Positions 56,321-64,000 of a stretch of 64,000 nt of DNA are shown in pieces. This DNA comes from Bryobacterales bacterium (GTDB lineage: Bacteria > Acidobacteriota > Terriglobia > Bryobacterales > UBA6623): contig CBDEST010000005.1 of assembly GCA_965242625.1 (NCBI GenBank), positions 2,383,483-2,447,482 of the forward strand, written 5' to 3'. The notes below the pieces were generated by a model. The model was given only the letters and a program-made list of their open reading frames with translations. It did no database searches and was not told the DNA's origin. Numbering within the stretch: position 1 is the first letter of the stretch; every line of letters begins with the position of its first letter. A program made the position numbers and the translations under genes.

Positions 56321-56411
56321 CTCGCTTGGCCCGTTGAGACAGCGACCCATTCGCTGCGCGGGCCGCCACGGTCACCAGCCGCCTGCGTGATAATCGAACT
56401 AGAGGCGTCGC

Positions 56412-57947
56412 ATGCACACTACGCCCGTCGTGCTCACCATCATGGATGGCTGGGGCCACAATCCGGACCCCGCCAACAACGCGGTCGCGATGGCCCGCAC
56501 GCCCCATTTCGACCGCCTGTGGCGGGACTATCCGCACACGTTGATTCGAACCGACGGACCATTCGTCGGATTGCCTCCGGGCCAGATGGGCAACAGCGAG
56601 GTGGGCCACCTGAACATCGGTTCGGGCCGGATCGTCCAGATGGACATCACGCGTATCGACGCACTGACAAACAGTGGCGGGCTGGCGGCGAATCCGGCGT
56701 TGCGCGGGGCTCTGGAGCACGCCCGGAATAGCACGCTGCACTTGCTCGGGCTCGTGAGCGACGGCGGTGTCCACTCCGACGCGTCTCACCTGTACGCTCT
56801 GTTGGAGGCCGCCGGCGCGGCCGGGCTGCGCGACGTATGCGTGCATGCATTCACCGACGGTCGAGACACGCCTCCCACGAGCGGCTCGGGGCACTTGGAG
56901 AGATTGCAGCGGCGGATCGAGCAGATCGGGTGCGGCCGCGTTGCGACGGTCTGCGGGCGGTACTACGCAATGGATCGCGACCGTCGCTGGGATCGCGTCG
57001 AGAGAGCGTTCCGGGCGATCGTATCGGGCGAAGGCAGGCGCGCTCGGGACCCGGTGGAAGCTCTGCACGCGTCCTACGCGGATGGCGTCACCGACGAGTT
57101 CATCGAACCGGTCGTGATTGAGGACGCCGAAGGTGCGCCGGTGGGAACGATCCGCGCCGGCGATGCCATCGTCTTCTTCAACTTTCGCGCGGACCGGGCC
57201 CGCGAATTGACGCTCGCGCTCAACGATCCGAACTTGGAGGGAGTCGACCGGTCCATCATGCCGCGCGGCTTGCACTACGTGACGATGACCGAATATGACC
57301 GCACCTATCCTTACCCGGTGATCGTGCCGCGCCAGTTCCCCGAGCGCATCCTCGGGGAGGTGTGCGCTGAGCGGGGCTGGCGCAACCTCCGCGTGGCCGA
57401 GACCGAGAAGTATCCCCATGTGACTTACTTTTTCAACGGCGGCCGCGAGGATCCGTATCCCGGCGAGGAACGGGAGCTGATTCCGTCACCCAAGGTCGCC
57501 ACGTACGACTTGCAGCCCGAAATGAGCGCGGCGAGCGTGTGCGACGCTGTCGTCAACGGCATCCAAAAGGGATCGTTCGACTTGATCGTCGTGAACTTCG
57601 CCAACGGCGACATGGTGGGACACACGGGCGTGATCAGCGCGGCGGTGCAGGCCTGCGAGACCGTCGACCAGTGCCTGGGACGCATCGAGGAGTCGATCCG
57701 GGCGCGCGGAGGCCAGTGGATCGTCACGGCCGACCACGGGAACGCGGACCTGATGGTCGACCCCAAGACGGGGGCACCGCACACGTACCACACCACGTTT
57801 CCCGTACCGCTGGTACTGGTCAGTGACTACCGCGGTGCGCTGGCCGAGGGCGGCTCCTTGCGCGATATCGCGCCGACGATCCTAGGCTGCTTGGGCGCCG
57901 AGCAACCTAGCGAGATGACGGGCCGGGACTTGCGCGAGGACCTGTGA
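56412..57947 (+). CDS. gpmI: 2,3-bisphosphoglycerate-independent phosphoglycerate mutase
   Basis: VLTIMDGWG..., GQMGNSEVGHLNIGSGR and ADHGNAD. 511 aa. Confidence 0.9.
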   Translation: MHTTPVVLTIMDGWGHNPDPANNAVAMARTPHFDRLWRDYPHTLIRTDGPFVGLPPGQMGNSEVGHLNIGSGRIVQMDITRIDALTNSGGLAANPALRGALEHARNSTLHLLGLVSDGGVHSDASHLYALLEAAGAAGLRDVCVHAFTDGRDTPPTSGSGHLERLQRRIEQIGCGRVATVCGRYYAMDRDRRWDRVERAFRAIVSGEGRRARDPVEALHASYADGVTDEFIEPVVIEDAEGAPVGTIRAGDAIVFFNFRADRARELTLALNDPNLEGVDRSIMPRGLHYVTMTEYDRTYPYPVIVPRQFPERILGEVCAERGWRNLRVAETEKYPHVTYFFNGGREDPYPGEERELIPSPKVATYDLQPEMSAASVCDAVVNGIQKGSFDLIVVNFANGDMVGHTGVISAAVQACETVDQCLGRIEESIRARGGQWIVTADHGNADLMVDPKTGAPHTYHTTFPVPLVLVSDYRGALAEGGSLRDIAPTILGCLGAEQPSEMTGRDLREDL

Positions 57948-58357
57948 CCGCGCGCCCGAGGTTCATCCGCGCCGCAGGCGGCTTGGTCTGGCGGGATCGC
58001 GAGCGTCGCGAGCTAGCGGTGATTTTTCGCGACCGGCACCGGCAGGACGAATGCTGCCTCCCGAAGGGCAAGTTGGACCGCGGCGAGGACTGGGAGCAGG
58101 CCGCGGTGCGCGAAGTGCTGGAAGAGACCTGTTGCCAAGCCGGGGTCCTCGGGTTCGGAGGACTGCTGCACTACTATGTCGGCGACCGCCCCAAAGTCGT
58201 CGTGTACTTCGAGATGGTCGCGCTCGAGGAGTTCCCGTTCCGGCCCTCCCCGGAGGTTCGGGAAGTCCGCTGGCTGTCCCCGGCCGATGCCGATCGGCTG
58301 CTGACGCACGACGGGGATCGCGATCTAGTGAGGAAGTTCCGATCCGCTGCGGAATAG
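57944..58357 (+). CDS. NUDIX hydrolase
   Basis: Nudix box LPKGKLDRGEDWEQAAVREVLEETC. The GTG start overlaps the gpmI stop (GTGA). Confidence 0.8.
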   Translation: MTARPRFIRAAGGLVWRDRERRELAVIFRDRHRQDECCLPKGKLDRGEDWEQAAVREVLEETCCQAGVLGFGGLLHYYVGDRPKVVVYFEMVALEEFPFRPSPEVREVRWLSPADADRLLTHDGDRDLVRKFRSAAE

Positions 58358-58410
58358 CGATCCGCGACGAGCGAGTCTCTAGCAGGGCCGGGCGAACGGA
58401 CTCGCGTCCT

Positions 58411-58833
58411 TCAGTGTCGCCCACCGTGGCGAATGTGTCGCCACGAAAGCGCTTCGCGGCGCTTCTTGCGCTCCTCCAAGATCTTCCGGTAAAGCTCTTT
58501 CTGCCTCTCGTCGCAAAGGGCCATGATCCGGTCCGCCCGCTCTCGGCGAATCGCCTCGAACTCCGGCTCGATCGCCTCGCGCACTTCTCGGACCCGCTCT
58601 CCGATCTCATCGAGCACGATTTCGACGTTCGCCTGCTGGTCCGCATCGAGATCGAGATCCTCCGTGAGCTCTTCGAGCAGCCATCCGCGATACTCTTCCG
58701 GCGAGAGTCGATGGCCTCCGCGCCCCAGCCGTTCGTCCACCACAAGCGCTACGGCCGCGCCTAGGACAGCACCGGCCGCGAAGACCAGCCCCATCGCGAG
58801 GGCGGCGCGTCGCTTGTCCGGAACCTTGGTCAT
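58411..58833 (-). CDS. Spy/CpxP-like periplasmic protein (LTXXQ-type)
   Basis: The ATG at 58833 (MTKVPDKRRAALAMGLVFAAGAVLG), then helical LDLDADQQANVEIVL... and ...ERQKELYRKILEERKKRR. The start overlaps the upstream stop by 1 nt (TGATG). Confidence 0.5.
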   Translation of the reverse strand: MTKVPDKRRAALAMGLVFAAGAVLGAAVALVVDERLGRGGHRLSPEEYRGWLLEELTEDLDLDADQQANVEIVLDEIGERVREVREAIEPEFEAIRRERADRIMALCDERQKELYRKILEERKKRREALSWRHIRHGGRH

Positions 58834-59192
58834 CAGCGGTACTCCGCTAGCGCCCAAAGCGCGCCGTCCTGCTCGTCGAGCGAATTCTCGGTCAGCACGT
58901 CGACATACGACGACTCGATCAGGGCGTCCTCGCGCCGGTCATTGATCGGCAGCCACTGGGAGGCGATCAGGATCAGCGCCAACGCCAGAGACCCGTACAA
59001 GAGTCGCGGGGTCCAAGCGACCAAGTAGGACGCCCAGCCTCCCCGCTCCTCGCGCCGGGCTTCGATCCTGCGCCAGACCATCGCGATGAAGGCGGGGGAC
59101 GGCTCGAAGTCGCCGACTAGGCTCCGATAGGTGGCGAACAGCCTGTCCAGGAAGGCGTCGCGATCATTTCCCTTGCGTCTCATCGTCTTCAT
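58833..59192 (-). CDS. putative membrane anti-sigma factor
   Basis: 119 aa with one TM segment (LLYGSLALALILIAS). It sits between the ECF sigma gene and the CpxP-like gene and overlaps the sigma gene 3' end. Confidence 0.5.
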   Translation of the reverse strand: MKTMRRKGNDRDAFLDRLFATYRSLVGDFEPSPAFIAMVWRRIEARREERGGWASYLVAWTPRLLYGSLALALILIASQWLPINDRREDALIESSYVDVLTENSLDEQDGALWALAEYR

Positions 59193-59775
59193 CCTCCTGC
59201 GGGATCCCGCTCTCCTCCATCATTTCGTCGTAGGCGCGCAAGACGCGCTTTCGCGCGCGGAACAGCCGGACCTTGAGCGCGTTCGTGTTGACCTTGTAGA
59301 CATCGCTCAATTCCTTCAGGGTCAAGCCTTCGATTTCCTTGAGAACGAGGAGTACCCGGTCTTCTTCGGAAACGCGGTCCAGCAAGACGTCCAGCAGTTC
59401 CCTTGCACTTTCCTTCTCGTCGTCTTCCAGCGCCTTCTTCCCGCTCAGGGCCGCGTCCACGGCCATGACCTGCTCCTCGCTGAGATCGGCCATCCTCACG
59501 TCCACCTCGCGGCGCTTGCGCCGCAGGTAGTCGTAGCATGCGTTCATCGTCAGCCGGTACAGCCACGGCTCGAACACCTGGGGGGTCCTGAGCTGGCCGA
59601 GAGAGTCGTACAAGCGAGAGAAGACTTCCTGTCCGACATCCTCGACGTCGTCGCCGCGATTGATCATGCGGTAGACCGTGCCGAGGATGCGCCTCCGGTA
59701 CGCTCGGATGATCGCGGTGAAAGCCTGTTCGTCTCCCTGTTGCGCCCGTTCGATGATCTCGACTTCAACCAGCAT
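59164..59775 (-). CDS. ECF-type RNA polymerase sigma-70 factor
   Basis: Region 2 (FTAIIRAYRRRILGTVYRMI...DVGQEVFSRLY, WLYRLTMNACYDYLRRK) and region 4 (LTLKELSDVYKVNTNALKVRLFRARKRV). Confidence 0.85.
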   Translation of the reverse strand: MLVEVEIIERAQQGDEQAFTAIIRAYRRRILGTVYRMINRGDDVEDVGQEVFSRLYDSLGQLRTPQVFEPWLYRLTMNACYDYLRRKRREVDVRMADLSEEQVMAVDAALSGKKALEDDEKESARELLDVLLDRVSEEDRVLLVLKEIEGLTLKELSDVYKVNTNALKVRLFRARKRVLRAYDEMMEESGIPQEDEDDETQGK

Positions 59776-59841
59776 TCAGGAGCAGCCTGAGCGGTCGCAC
59801 CTGTTCATGTCCTCCAGACATCTAGGCGCATCCGTAGCAAC

Positions 59842-60588
59842 TCAGGTTACGACACTTTCGACTCGCCCGCTGTCCGCGCTCCGCTGCAGGGCAGCGAGTT
59901 CATCAAGATTCAAGCGCCCCGTGTAGACCGCCATCCCGAGCGCCACGTGGGTGCCAAGTTCAAGCAGCGCCGACACTTCGGCGAGGGTCGCGATGCCTCC
60001 GGCGGCCGTGATCTCGCGATCCGTCGCCGCCCGCAGGCGCCGATACCACTCCAGATCCGTGCCTTGCATCGTGCCTTCCTTGTCGACATAGGTGCAAAGG
60101 AATCCACCGCAGTACGGCTCGAAACGGGAAATGACGTCTTCGGCGGAGAGGCGAGTCGACTCGCGCCACCCCTTGACGACGATCTTGCCTGCCTTGGAGT
60201 CGAGCGCGACGATCACGTTCCGAGTCCCGATCTCCGCGCCGAGCCGCTGGAGAAAGTCTTCGCGCGGGCCCTCCGCGCCGACCGCCGCCGTGCCGACGAT
60301 GACGCGTTCCGCGCCGGCCGCCGCCAACTCGGCGGCGCGCTCGACGGTACGGACGCCGCCGCCCACCCACGTGCGGGTCTTGCCCGCGACGCGCCGCACG
60401 ATCGGCAGGTTGGAGCCGCGGCCGATCGCTAGGTCGAGGTCGATGACCTGGACCACCGGGAAGGCCGCGAAGCGGTCCAGCATGGTTTCGGGAGACTCTC
60501 CTTCGAGCGCTTTGTCCCGGCCCTGCACGAGTTGCACGACCATCCCGTCCATGAGGTCAATGCAGGGAATGATGGTGGGGCGTTGCAT
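59842..60588 (-). CDS. HisA/HisF-family (beta/alpha)8-barrel protein, stand-alone
   Basis: The ATG at 60588 (MQRPTIIPCIDLMDGMVVQLVQG...), then VIDLDLAIGRGSN, VGGGVRT and the C-terminal AAGGIATLAEV. Confidence 0.7.
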   Translation of the reverse strand: MQRPTIIPCIDLMDGMVVQLVQGRDKALEGESPETMLDRFAAFPVVQVIDLDLAIGRGSNLPIVRRVAGKTRTWVGGGVRTVERAAELAAAGAERVIVGTAAVGAEGPREDFLQRLGAEIGTRNVIVALDSKAGKIVVKGWRESTRLSAEDVISRFEPYCGGFLCTYVDKEGTMQGTDLEWYRRLRAATDREITAAGGIATLAEVSALLELGTHVALGMAVYTGRLNLDELAALQRSADSGRVESVVT

Positions 60589-60937
60589 CCGGCATCCAGC
60601 CCCGGGCGGCGAGGCCTGATTCCAGCGTACCCGAGGCCGCCCCGTGCATAGCAGCGTCTTCTTCCGAGGCGCTCTCGAGACCGCCGAGCCGTGGTCGGGG
60701 AATAATCCAAGCAGGCGGGACGAGCGATGCGCGGGCAGGCTGGGACGCTTGGAAGGAATGTGCGACGAGGAATCCGTTGTGGGGGAGAACCCTCCGAGCC
60801 GCCTGCGCTCGGGGCCTATCGGCCTCCGCATCCGCCGAGAGTTGTTAGGCTGGATGCTCTGGAACTGAATCTGATCGATCGACCGAGAAAATGCGAGCGG
60901 AGTTCGATCGGCGCTGTAGCAACCGAGGCAAAGGCCG

Positions 60938-62923
60938 ATGGCACGTCACCGCATTCTCATCAGCAGCGTGGAAAGTGAGTTCGCACGGGAACGCGAAGCA
61001 TTGCGTGAGAATCTCAACGGCGACCCCCTAATGCGAAGGTTCTTCGATGTGTTTCTATTCGAGGACCTACCCGCGTCGGATCGGCGGGTCGATGAACTTC
61101 ATGCGGACGAATTGGAACAGTGCGATTTGTACTTGGGGTTGTTCGGCAGCGACTACGGCGCTGAGGACAAGCAGGGACGTTCACGAACGGAGCGAGAGTT
61201 TGACCGTGCAACCGAGGTCGGCGCGCATCGATTGATCTTTGTGAAGGGACGAGACGACGATGACCGGCATCCGAAGATGCGAGCGTTGATCGGCAAGTCT
61301 CAGGCAGGGCTAATCCGCAAGCGATTCAACACGGTCGAAGAGTTGCGGGCTGGGCTATACGCGGCGCTGGTGGAATACATGGAAGCCGCGGAATTGATCC
61401 GACTGGTGCCGTTCGATGCAGCGGCCTGCTCAAGTGCAGCACTGACCGACCTTGACTCGGAGCGGATGGCTCGATTCGTCCGATCCGTGCGCCAGGGCAG
61501 AGGTCTCCCGTTGCCAGAGGGCGCGAATCCCAACGAGTTGCTGGAACATCTGAAGTTGCTGAACAACGACCGGCCGACCAACGCGGCGGTACTCCTGTTC
61601 GGCAAGACGCCGCAACGATTTCTGATGTCGTCTGAGATCAAGTGCGCCCACTTCCACGGGACCGAGGTCTACAAACCGATTCCGTCGTATCAGGTCTACA
61701 AGGGCACGGCGTTCGAGTTGGTCGATCAGGCGGTGGACTTCGTGCTGGGCAAGATCGCGCTCTCGGTGGGCACGAGGGCGCAGAGCGTCCAAGCTCCGGT
61801 GAGCTACGAGATTCCGATGGAAGTCATTCAGGAGGCGATTGTCAACGCTGTTGTGCATCGCGACTACACGAGCAACGGTAGCGTCCAAGTGATGCTCTTC
61901 TCCGACCGCCTCGAGATACGCAACCCCGGGCGACTGCCACGACCGCTGACGCCTGAAAAGCTGCGCGAGCCACATGCCTCGATACCGGGGAATCCGTTGC
62001 TTGCCGAGCCTCTCTACCTAGCCGAGTACATCGAGCGCATGGGAACGGGCACCTTGGACATGATTCGCAGGTGCATCGAGGCGGGTCTACCCGAACCTGG
62101 GTATTCCGACACCGGAGAGTTCGTCACGACTGTATGGCGGGCGTGTGTCGTGAAGGCGATCTGCGATGGAACTCCCGTCGCTGGAGTCGATGTGCATGCG
62201 ACATCCGCGGAAGGAACCGTTGAGCGATCAACAACCGACAGTCAAGGGGAAGCCCGCATCGGTTCGAGTGTCAGGGCCCTGCCATTGACGGTGTTCGCCG
62301 CGGCCGACGGATTCGCCGCTAGTGTCGAACGCAATTGGACCCCCGCGGAGGGTCCCCTGACTCTAGAACTGCGGCGATCCGCTCACGGCGGGTCTGTGAT
62401 CCTTCACGGGGGAACTGGCAGACTCCCGGGGCTCAATGGAATACTGAATCCAGTGAAGGATGCCGGTGATCGAATTAGTCTCTATGCGTCCAACATCGAC
62501 ATCAACGACCGCCTGCCGCAACCGGTTCGAATTGGCCTTGGCGAAGAATGCCACCTCGCGGATACCGATGGCAACGAGCTGCTGGCTCACTTCGCTGACG
62601 TTGCAGGCAGGTCGGCGCTAGTCGAGTATCGGGTTGCGGCAAGCCGGGCCAAGCGAAGGAAGGAACTGCGGCTGGAGGGGCTCGAAGCGATCATCCTTGG
62701 CCTCATGGCAAGCAAACCGATGTCGGAAGCCGAACTCGTGAAGCAACTGGACTTGAACTCCGCCACTCGCAATCTGCAGCAGGCGGTGCGGTTGCTCTTG
62801 GCAGGTGGGCTGATCGAGGAGACCGTTCCAGACAGGCCTCGCAGCCGACCCCAGAAGTATCGGCTCGCGTCCCCGGGAAGGAACGCGCTGAAGAATCTGG
62901 GTCGCGAGGGATCAAGGTCCTGA
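60938..62923 (+). CDS. DUF4062 - HATPase_c_4 (RecG-like putative DNA-binding) - inserted beta-rich module - wHTH fusion protein
   Basis: The N-terminus RILISSVESEFAREREAL...CDLYLGLFGSDYG...RTEREFDRA matches DUF4062. The middle AIVNAVVHRDYTSNGSVQVMLFSDRLEIRNPG...ERMGTGTLDM matches HATPase_c_4. Positions 62141-62635 are an extra module. The C-terminus LVKQLDLNSATRNLQQAVRLLLAGGLIEE...QKYRL is a wHTH. Confidence 0.7.
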   Translation: MARHRILISSVESEFAREREALRENLNGDPLMRRFFDVFLFEDLPASDRRVDELHADELEQCDLYLGLFGSDYGAEDKQGRSRTEREFDRATEVGAHRLIFVKGRDDDDRHPKMRALIGKSQAGLIRKRFNTVEELRAGLYAALVEYMEAAELIRLVPFDAAACSSAALTDLDSERMARFVRSVRQGRGLPLPEGANPNELLEHLKLLNNDRPTNAAVLLFGKTPQRFLMSSEIKCAHFHGTEVYKPIPSYQVYKGTAFELVDQAVDFVLGKIALSVGTRAQSVQAPVSYEIPMEVIQEAIVNAVVHRDYTSNGSVQVMLFSDRLEIRNPGRLPRPLTPEKLREPHASIPGNPLLAEPLYLAEYIERMGTGTLDMIRRCIEAGLPEPGYSDTGEFVTTVWRACVVKAICDGTPVAGVDVHATSAEGTVERSTTDSQGEARIGSSVRALPLTVFAAADGFAASVERNWTPAEGPLTLELRRSAHGGSVILHGGTGRLPGLNGILNPVKDAGDRISLYASNIDINDRLPQPVRIGLGEECHLADTDGNELLAHFADVAGRSALVEYRVAASRAKRRKELRLEGLEAIILGLMASKPMSEAELVKQLDLNSATRNLQQAVRLLLAGGLIEETVPDRPRSRPQKYRLASPGRNALKNLGREGSRS

Positions 62924-63434
62924 GTGCTGTCGGTCCGATGGGATGGCGATTGCCGCGAAGCGCGATCCGGGGCGTTGCGGGATGCGCTCCACTACCCATT
63001 CCTTCAATGGCACGGCGTCTGTACCGGTTCTTGGGTAGCAGGGTAACCGGGCCTCTCCAAGGGCGGTAGCGGGTTCGGGGCGCTGGAGCGTCCCATTCGC
63101 CTGACTTGGAATTCGCGGTCCGTGCAGCGGCGGACCGTGAGGGGCGCGGTGGGAGGCACTCTGCGTAGAGGGCTTGCTCATCGGTTCCGATGGTCGGCCA
63201 TGGAGTGGAAGAGACTCGCCATCGCCATCACGTCGAGCCAATCTCCGAAATTCTAGAATCCTGACTTGCAGCCATTGACGGTGCCTTGAAAAGAACTGGT
63301 GAATTACAGTGAGACAAGGCAAGTCTCGGCAAGCGCAGCCGTGGTCGTCGCGTCGGATACGTGCCACCTTCCCGTGATGCGCAAGGCGCAGCGGTAGCTT
63401 GATCTCGGTCGGCCGCAGGAGTTGGGAGCGAAGA

Positions 63435-64000
63435 ATGGGAGTCCCGCAGGAACGGAAGGATTCATCGACGGCGCGGGCCTTGACCGCGATCGAGGGCTTG
63501 CTCGCCGAGCCGGGTCGGAAAGCGCTGACTCGCAAGGAGGTCCTGACTACGGGACACTCCGCCAGCGCTTGCGACCGGGCGCTGCGCGAGTTGCGGGATG
63601 GCGGCCGCATCTGTCGCTTCGGAGCCGGGATTTACGGGGTCGGTCGCGCCAAAGTGTTCGAGGCGGCGCCACAAGCACTGGCGGCACTCGGGTACGAGGT
63701 GCTACCGGGCCGACCCGTGCAAGGATACAGCGAAAGGCCGAACGGCACCGTGCTACGTTTGAACAAGCGTTGCAGGCGCAAGATTCGTGGACGGGGCGTC
63801 TGGCTGACATGGGAGACGCCGACCGGCAAAATGGCCAGCATGAGGAATGACTCGATGACGGAACTCTCGAAGATGCCTTCGGCAAACGAGATCGAAGACC
63901 ACTACCACCGCTTCGACTACTGCGAGTCCCTAGCTAGGGCCGAAAAGGATCTCTTGGTCAACAAAGCACTGGACGCCATGGAACGATTCGAGGATGCCGA
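63435..64000 (+). CDS. wHTH (AbiEi-antitoxin-like) protein, partial (runs off the window)
   Basis: Absent from the ORF track because there is no stop. The ATG at 63435 reads MGVPQERKDSSTARALTAIEGLLAEPGRKALTRKEVLTTGHSASACDRALRELRDGGRICRFGAGIYGVG..., and later ...SLARAEKDLLVNKALDAME. The frame is open to position 64000. Confidence 0.35.
   Translation, partial: MGVPQERKDSSTARALTAIEGLLAEPGRKALTRKEVLTTGHSASACDRALRELRDGGRICRFGAGIYGVGRAKVFEAAPQALAALGYEVLPGRPVQGYSERPNGTVLRLNKRCRRKIRGRGVWLTWETPTGKMASMRNDSMTELSKMPSANEIEDHYHRFDYCESLARAEKDLLVNKALDAMERFEDA

Noticed and set aside
62912-63610. A 232-aa minus-strand ORF filling the gap between the DUF4062 fusion gene and the AbiEi-like gene.
   Set aside because: It is Arg/Pro/Ser-rich with no motifs and overlaps the better-supported plus-strand AbiEi-like ORF. 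It is probably non-coding spacer, and a weak sigma70-like TTGACG-N18-GTGAAT at 63275-63304 may serve the downstream gene.
1-64000. CRISPR arrays, rRNA genes, retron/DGR-type reverse transcriptases and prophage structural genes.
   Set aside because: No regularly spaced direct repeats were seen other than the protein-internal repeats at 6979-8457 and the MITE copies. No RT (YxDD) motif or rRNA-like segment was seen in any frame.

Overview
High-GC bacterial chromosomal window. The gene content looks Acidobacteriota-like (tentative): a TIGR03436-type VWA protein, several CarboxypepD_reg-like proteins, DUF1549/DUF1553, DUF1080, sulfatases, and a TonB-dependent receptor with a CarboxypepD_reg N-terminus. 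About 60 protein-coding genes can be supported. Positions 1-42.7 kb and 53.5-60.6 kb are mostly housekeeping and envelope genes: metG, larC, LysR plus a short LeuA-like synthase, gluQ, accC plus a biotinyl carrier, AI-2E and MFS transporters, cyclophilin, arsS plus its AhpD-like partner, GT2 plus a flippase-like protein, two sulfatases, rhodanese, L31 type B, an ArnT-like GT, rsmB, an RsbW/STAS + MlaEFD + kinase operon, gpmI, NUDIX, an ECF sigma operon and a HisA-like gene. Accessory content sits in three places. (i) 19.7-22.3 kb holds two tandem paralogous MNT-HEPN toxin-antitoxin pairs plus a decayed BrnT/BrnA pair. (ii) 42.7-53.5 kb is a mobile-element-riddled island. It contains an unrecognised two-gene operon whose second protein ends in a catalytically dead ImmA/IrrE-like domain, and two HTH-ImmA/IrrE fusion genes, one still paired with a DUF4411 PIN-like gene that a MITE has split. 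It also contains a decayed DDE transposase, an IS630-family element whose transposase carries an in-frame TAA, and three copies of a 452-465 bp MITE with 13-bp terminal inverted repeats and 5-bp target-site duplications. (iii) 60.9-64 kb holds a DUF4062-HATPase_c_4-wHTH fusion protein with an inserted beta-rich module, followed by an AbiEi-like wHTH gene that runs off the window. I found no rRNA, tRNA or CRISPR array by eye. All family calls come from motif recognition in translated ORFs, not from database searches.
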